A program made the translations under genes and the position numbers. A stretch of DNA of 64,000 nucleotides from an uncultured Chthonomonadaceae bacterium (GTDB lineage: Bacteria; Armatimonadota; Chthonomonadetes; Chthonomonadales; Chthonomonadaceae): assembly GCA_963835065.1 (NCBI GenBank), contig CAWIEK010000057.1:90024-154023 (forward strand), written 5' to 3'. Below are positions 59,393 through 64,000 of this stretch, one piece after another; within the stretch, counting starts at the first letter, position 1; the number at the start of each line of letters is the position of its first letter. The notes beneath the pieces were generated by a model. It was not told the origin of the DNA. It searched no databases and saw only the letters and a program-made list of their open reading frames with translations.

Positions 59393-59470
59393 ATGATGAA
59401 TGATGAATGATGAGTGATGAATTGGGATTTCGCATTTTGTTCATCATTCATCACTCATCATTCATCATTT
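59393..59470. repeat. GATGAAT/ATTCATC heptamer palindromic element
   Basis: Homolog of 10081-10152. Confidence 0.8.
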
Positions 59471-59485
59471 CTTCAATGAGGGTTT

Positions 59486-60163
59486 ATGGCAGCAGGAATT
59501 CAGCCGACAAACGCGAGTTTGCTCTGGTTCTGCATTGCGCTGATTGTGGGCGTGATGGTGGGACTGGCGGCGGGGTTGTGGCTGCGCGGGCGGCGGGGCG
59601 TGGTGCGGGCGTGGCAGAAATTGGCGCGGGATTTGGACGGCGAGTTCAAGGCCCGCAATTCGCTGTCGCCGGAGCGCGTCATCGGCACACTGCGCGAACG
59701 GCCTTATGTGCTGGAAACCGCCATCAGCCATGACGACGACGCGCCGTACTACCACACGCGGGGCGCGTTTCCAATTCGCAACCCGGCCAGTTTCATTCTG
59801 GGCGTTCGGCGCAAAAGCCTGCTGGAAGAAGCGCAGACCCGCCGTGACCGTCCCGCCTTCGATCTGGAAGACGCGGATTTTACGCGGCAGTTTTTCGTCG
59901 TGTGCAACGACGCGCAAAACCTGCCCGCCGTGCTGACGCGGGAAGCGCGGCGCGAACTCAGCCGCTATTCCGACATAGAAATCTACGTCCGGCGCGGCGA
60001 ACTGGAATGGCGGCGCGCGGGCGCGCAGGGCGACATGCGCGCCATCAAACGCCTCAATGACCTGCTCGCGGACATGGCCGAAGCCATAGATGCCCTGCCC
60101 AAACGCCCCCGAACCCTTTCCGAACTTCTCGCCGACGAAGAACTAATCACTAAGGGCATCTAA
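59486..60163 (+). CDS. Membrane-anchored hypothetical protein
   Basis: GAGG RBS, N-terminal TM helix. Confidence 0.7.
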   Translation: MAAGIQPTNASLLWFCIALIVGVMVGLAAGLWLRGRRGVVRAWQKLARDLDGEFKARNSLSPERVIGTLRERPYVLETAISHDDDAPYYHTRGAFPIRNPASFILGVRRKSLLEEAQTRRDRPAFDLEDADFTRQFFVVCNDAQNLPAVLTREARRELSRYSDIEIYVRRGELEWRRAGAQGDMRAIKRLNDLLADMAEAIDALPKRPRTLSELLADEELITKGI

Positions 60164-60166
60164 TTC

Positions 60167-60333
60167 CAATACCGTTCAAATGAGCGTTCGTAGGGACACA
60201 ACATGTTGTGTCCTCTTCCTGTTGTGTCCTCTTCCTGTTGTGTCCTCTTCCTATAGATAAGGGCGCGGACACAACATGTTGTGTCCCTACGAATTTGTTT
60301 TCAGGTAAAAACCGCCTTATTTGAACGGTATTG
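60167..60333. mobile_element. MITE/REPIN-like element: 15-bp TIRs around an inverted pair of GTAG-type REP palindromes
   Basis: caataccgttcaaat / atttgaacggtattg outer TIRs. 27-bp inner IR ttcgtagggacacaacatgttgtgtcc. Internal 16-bp unit x3. Confidence 0.8.
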
Positions 60334-60378
60334 CGTCTAATTCCCTGTTCCCCATGTCTCCTCCTCTTCTTTTCTTCC

Positions 60379-62210
60379 TCAGTCCGCCTTTGCGCCCGCC
60401 TGTTCCAGCAAAGTGACCATTTCCGGTTCCGGCGGGCGGTGCTTTTGCGCCAGATAGAGGGGCGTGTGTCCCCGTTCCCCGCGCAAATTCACGTCCGCGC
60501 CATGAGCCAGCAGCAGGCGCGCGATGCCGACGTTTCCCGCTGTGACCGCAACCATTAGGGGCGTGTGCTGTGAGCGCGGTATGATGTTGACGTTTGCGCC
60601 GCGCTCAATTAGAAACGGTACGCCGGCAGGCACATGCATAATCGCCTGCGTCAGCGCGGTTTCGCCGTTCTCATCCTTGCCATTAATGTCGGCTCCCAGG
60701 TCCAGCAGGCGCGTAAACAGGTCGGCGCGTCCGGCCTTCGCGGCCGTTGCCAGAATGGTTCGCTTTTCCGTCCCGATTTTGGCCCCGGCGCGGCGCAGGA
60801 TGTCCATACATTCCGGGGCGCAACACGCGGCCACCAGCAGGGGAGACGATACGACCATCGGCTGTTGCGGTGGCAGAACAACACCGGACGCGCTTATCGC
60901 TAACGCCGTCCGCTCGGAGACTATTGGCGGATTGACGTTCGCGCCGCGCTGCAGCAGTTCCTTTATCAGCATCATGCGCTGGCTTTTGGAAAGGCGCGAA
61001 CTGTTCAGGACGGCGCGCAGGGATGCTCCGTTGTCGGCCCGGACGTTTGCGTCATGCCGCAGTATGTCCGGGATCACTTGAGGCATGTTGTAGATTGCTA
61101 TCTCCAAAATGGATCCTGAATATCTATCGGAATGTTGATTGGGATCGGCTCCCCGCGCCAGCAGCAGGCGCGCGATTTCGGGCCGCTTACTGTACAGAGC
61201 CGGCTGCAGGAGGGGAACGCCTTTCACGTTTACCTTTGCGCCACGCGCCAGCAGCAGATTGACCATTTCCAAATTACCATTTTGGACTGCCACACCAAGC
61301 GCCGCACTGCTGTTCTGGCTATAATAATTAACATCCGCGCCATGTTCCAGCAGCAGATTGACCAGCGCCCGGTTGTCCATGCCTACCGCCGAGGGTAACA
61401 GCGAGGATGCCATATTCGCTGCGGCCTGCGGGGATGCAGCGTCCAGTTTCGTTTTGATTGCCGCAATGTCGCCTAATGTAACGCACTGCGCGAGGGTGGG
61501 CACAGCCCCATGTTCGCGCAGCATCTGCGCCATCTGCCCGATAATTTCCTTGCGCCGATTGCGTCTGCGGATGTTTTCGGCCACAGCCGCCGCGTTCACT
61601 TTGCCGCTTCTGTCCGTTTCGGTAAGATCGCTCAGGCCACCGCCCTGATACAACTCATTTTGAAACTGCAAGGCGGCCTCGATACAATCCGAGTTGGGAA
61701 CCACGCCCTTGTCCAGCAGGCAGCGCAGGACAGGTAGGCTGCCAAGCCGACACGCTTCCTTGATATACCCGTCGGCTTCATACGCGGTAATGGTTTGCTG
61801 CCCGTTGCGGTACAAAAAGCGCGGCAGGCGTAAATCGGCCTGTTTTGCGATCAGCAGGCAAGCAATGGCTTCCGCGTCAGGATAATTAGAAGGGGCGGAT
61901 TGCAGTCCACCCGGCGCAGCGGCAGGTACAGAGGCTACCCGCGTCAGCGCCAGCCATAGCAGGGGCGTTGTATTCTGCGGCGCGTCCACTTCCGCGCCCC
62001 TGTCCAGCAGCGAACGCGCGTCTGCCAGCCTCCCCTTATCCACCGCCACGCCCAGAGCGGCATTCAAATGGCGGCGGTACGCATTCGCCCCATCACAAAC
62101 AACGCGACCGCAACAAACACAAGAAATGCGGCACGGCCTAAACGCGCGGCTTTGGAACGATTGTAATTGGAAGATGTGGAACTAGCGCGATTGGTACGGG
62201 ACTGCGGCAT
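60379..62210 (-). CDS. Ankyrin repeat protein with N-terminal TM; 1-bp frameshift near 62090
   Basis: Many LL..GADVN / TPL..A repeats. AGGAG RBS and ATG 62210 join after adding one G in ATGGGGCG. Confidence 0.88.
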
Positions 62211-62222
62211 AACTAATTTCTC

Positions 62223-64000
62223 CTACTCCGCTTTTGCGCCTGCCTGCTCCAGCAGCGTAATCATTTCCGCGTTGCCGCCTCCATGCACAACCGCCGTGAT
62301 AGATTGGAGGTTTTTATCCACCGCCTGTACCACATGATCCGCGTTGTGCTTGCGCGCCCAATACAGGGGAGTATGGCCGTGTGGCGGGCATAAATTTATG
62401 TTTGCGCCATGCGCCAGCAGCAGGCGCGCGCAGTCCACATTTCCCACGCTTGCGGCAAGGTCGAGAGGCGCGCGCTGGGTTCTGGTTACGAAATTGGGGT
62501 TCGCGCCATGCGCCAGCAAAACGGAAACGCCTTCCGGGGCCAACTTCACCGCCCGCGTCAAAGCGGTTTCCCCATCGCCATCCACGCCGTTGACATCGGC
62601 TCCCAATTCCAGCGTTCGGGCGAACAAGTCTGCCCGTCCGCATTTTGCCAATGCCGCCAGAACGGTGGTTTTGTCCGTGCCGATGTTCGCGCCCGCTTTC
62701 AGCAGCAGGAGTTCGGCTTCGGGGGCGTAAAACGTGGCGTTCAGCAGGGGCGAAAACGGCTGCGGAATCCTTTGTCCGGGATGAGTGGGGTCGGGCGCAT
62801 CCGTAATGCCCTGTGCCGGAGTTGTCGCAGACGGAGCTGCCAGGCTTCCTCCCGCAGCCGTTGTCGGGGTGGCGGGCGGGGGCAGAGGATTCACGTTGAC
62901 GCCGCGCCGCAGCAGTTCCTGCACCAGGGCAATGCGGCGAGTGCGCAGGGCCGCGCGCAGAACCGCTCCATTCCCCGCGTTTAAGTTCACGCCATGCTGC
63001 AGCAATTCCGGTACAATTTCGGGCAGGGACAGGATGGCTTCGGGAAGCGCGGAGTACGCCGCCGACCCGAACGTGAAATTGGGATCGGCGCCCTTCGCCA
63101 ACAGCAGGCGCGCAATGGCAAGATGCTTGCCCCACATCGCGTGTTCCAGCGCGGTTGAGGTTTTGCCGCCCTTCACATCGGCTCCATGCGCCAGCAGCAG
63201 CTTCACCACTTCTAAATTGCCCTGCGCGACGGCAACGTTCAAGGCTGAATCCCCATACCCGGTATGAGAGTTGGCGTCGGCTCCATGCGCCAGCAATAAA
63301 GTCACCATTTCCAGGTTGCCCTTGCGTACAGCCGTGATTAAGGTCGGTTCGGTGTTGCTGCTCTGCGGTTCGGGTGAGATTCCCGCATCCAGCGCCGCTT
63401 TCAGGGCCGTCACGTCGTTGAGTTCCACGCACTGCGCAAGTGTGGGACGCAGGCCGTGTTCGCGCAGCAATTGCGCCATCTGCCGAATGACTTCTTTTTG
63501 CTGCGCCAGCCTCAATGCCTGCTTTGCTTTCTCCGCTTTCGCAGCCGCCGATTCAACTTGCGCCGTTCCTGAACCGCTGAATGTCGTTGAACCGGAGGAA
63601 GCCAGGCTGACATATTGCAGCGCGGCATCCAGGCAGCGCGGGGTGAGAGCCACGCCCCTGTTCAGCAGGCAGCGCAGCACGGGAATACTGCCATGCCGGC
63701 AGGCTTCCTCGACATACCCCGCGTCATCATAACCGCTGACTTTTGGCTGCTCGCCGACGGCAACACTGATGCGCGGCATTCGCAAATCGGCGTGGCGTTC
63801 AATCAGCAGGCAGGCAACCGCTTCGGCATCAGCAGGAATGTCCTGTGAGGGCGGCGTCAGAACCTGCCCCGGTATACTCAGCGTCAATATCATGCTGGGT
63901 GGGGTCAACAGGCTCATGGCTTCCAGCAGAGCGGGCGTTGCGCCCTGCATCGCGTTTACATCCGCGCCCCTGTTCAAGAGCGAACGCGCCTCGTCTACAT
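62223..64000 (-). CDS. Ankyrin repeat protein, tandem paralog; 5' end outside the window
   Basis: Ankyrin repeats. Shared unique motifs DAEA.ACLLI...ADLR.PR, PTLAQCV, C-terminal EM.TLLEQAGAKA. Confidence 0.9.
   Translation of the reverse strand, partial: VDEARSLLNRGADVNAMQGATPALLEAMSLLTPPSMILTLSIPGQVLTPPSQDIPADAEAVACLLIERHADLRMPRISVAVGEQPKVSGYDDAGYVEEACRHGSIPVLRCLLNRGVALTPRCLDAALQYVSLASSGSTTFSGSGTAQVESAAAKAEKAKQALRLAQQKEVIRQMAQLLREHGLRPTLAQCVELNDVTALKAALDAGISPEPQSSNTEPTLITAVRKGNLEMVTLLLAHGADANSHTGYGDSALNVAVAQGNLEVVKLLLAHGADVKGGKTSTALEHAMWGKHLAIARLLLAKGADPNFTFGSAAYSALPEAILSLPEIVPELLQHGVNLNAGNGAVLRAALRTRRIALVQELLRRGVNVNPLPPPATPTTAAGGSLAAPSATTPAQGITDAPDPTHPGQRIPQPFSPLLNATFYAPEAELLLLKAGANIGTDKTTVLAALAKCGRADLFARTLELGADVNGVDGDGETALTRAVKLAPEGVSVLLAHGANPNFVTRTQRAPLDLAASVGNVDCARLLLAHGANINLCPPHGHTPLYWARKHNADHVVQAVDKNLQSITAVVHGGGNAEMITLLEQAGAKAE

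Noticed and set aside
60204..60251. Mini CRISPR array
   Set aside because: The 16-bp units are contiguous with no spacers; slippage within a REP element.
5030..62095. Single-base frameshifts (~5032, ~7255, ~41757, ~44183, ~62090) as programmed frameshifting or true pseudogenes
   Set aside because: They are scattered through unrelated, otherwise intact genes, mostly at short homopolymers, with no shared slippery site. Long-read consensus error is more parsimonious; read inspection is needed.

Overview
GC-rich bacterial chromosomal window. PEP-CTERM proteins, a DUF1592/DUF1552 pair, XisH/XisI, Uma2 and many PIN toxin-antitoxin genes suggest an Armatimonadota-like soil or aquatic bacterium (inference). 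Housekeeping genes include an M1 aminopeptidase, a ManC-PMM fusion, ribokinase, Xaa-Pro aminopeptidase, class I and class II FBP aldolases, a GT4 glycosyltransferase, Gmd, an MqnD-like protein, a TPR-AAA ATPase and GpmA. They are interspersed with accessory patches: VapBC pairs, a large Kelch/Ig secreted protein with a low-GC core behind a LuxR-beta-propeller regulator, a decayed XisH-RHS-HEPN-excisionase islet, a direct-repeat-flanked SARP/STAND + PEP-CTERM cassette, AAA_21+DUF4276 and tandem ankyrin genes. Highlights are a 351-aa LAGLIDADG intein in gmd and a dispersed ~150-bp element present twice that keeps a strong SD plus an 8-9-residue mini-ORF and a covarying stem. There is also a TIR-bounded GTAG-REP doublet and several families of 7-10-mer palindromic intergenic repeats. 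About five single-base indels in otherwise intact genes look like long-read consensus errors. No rRNA, tRNA or CRISPR array was seen.
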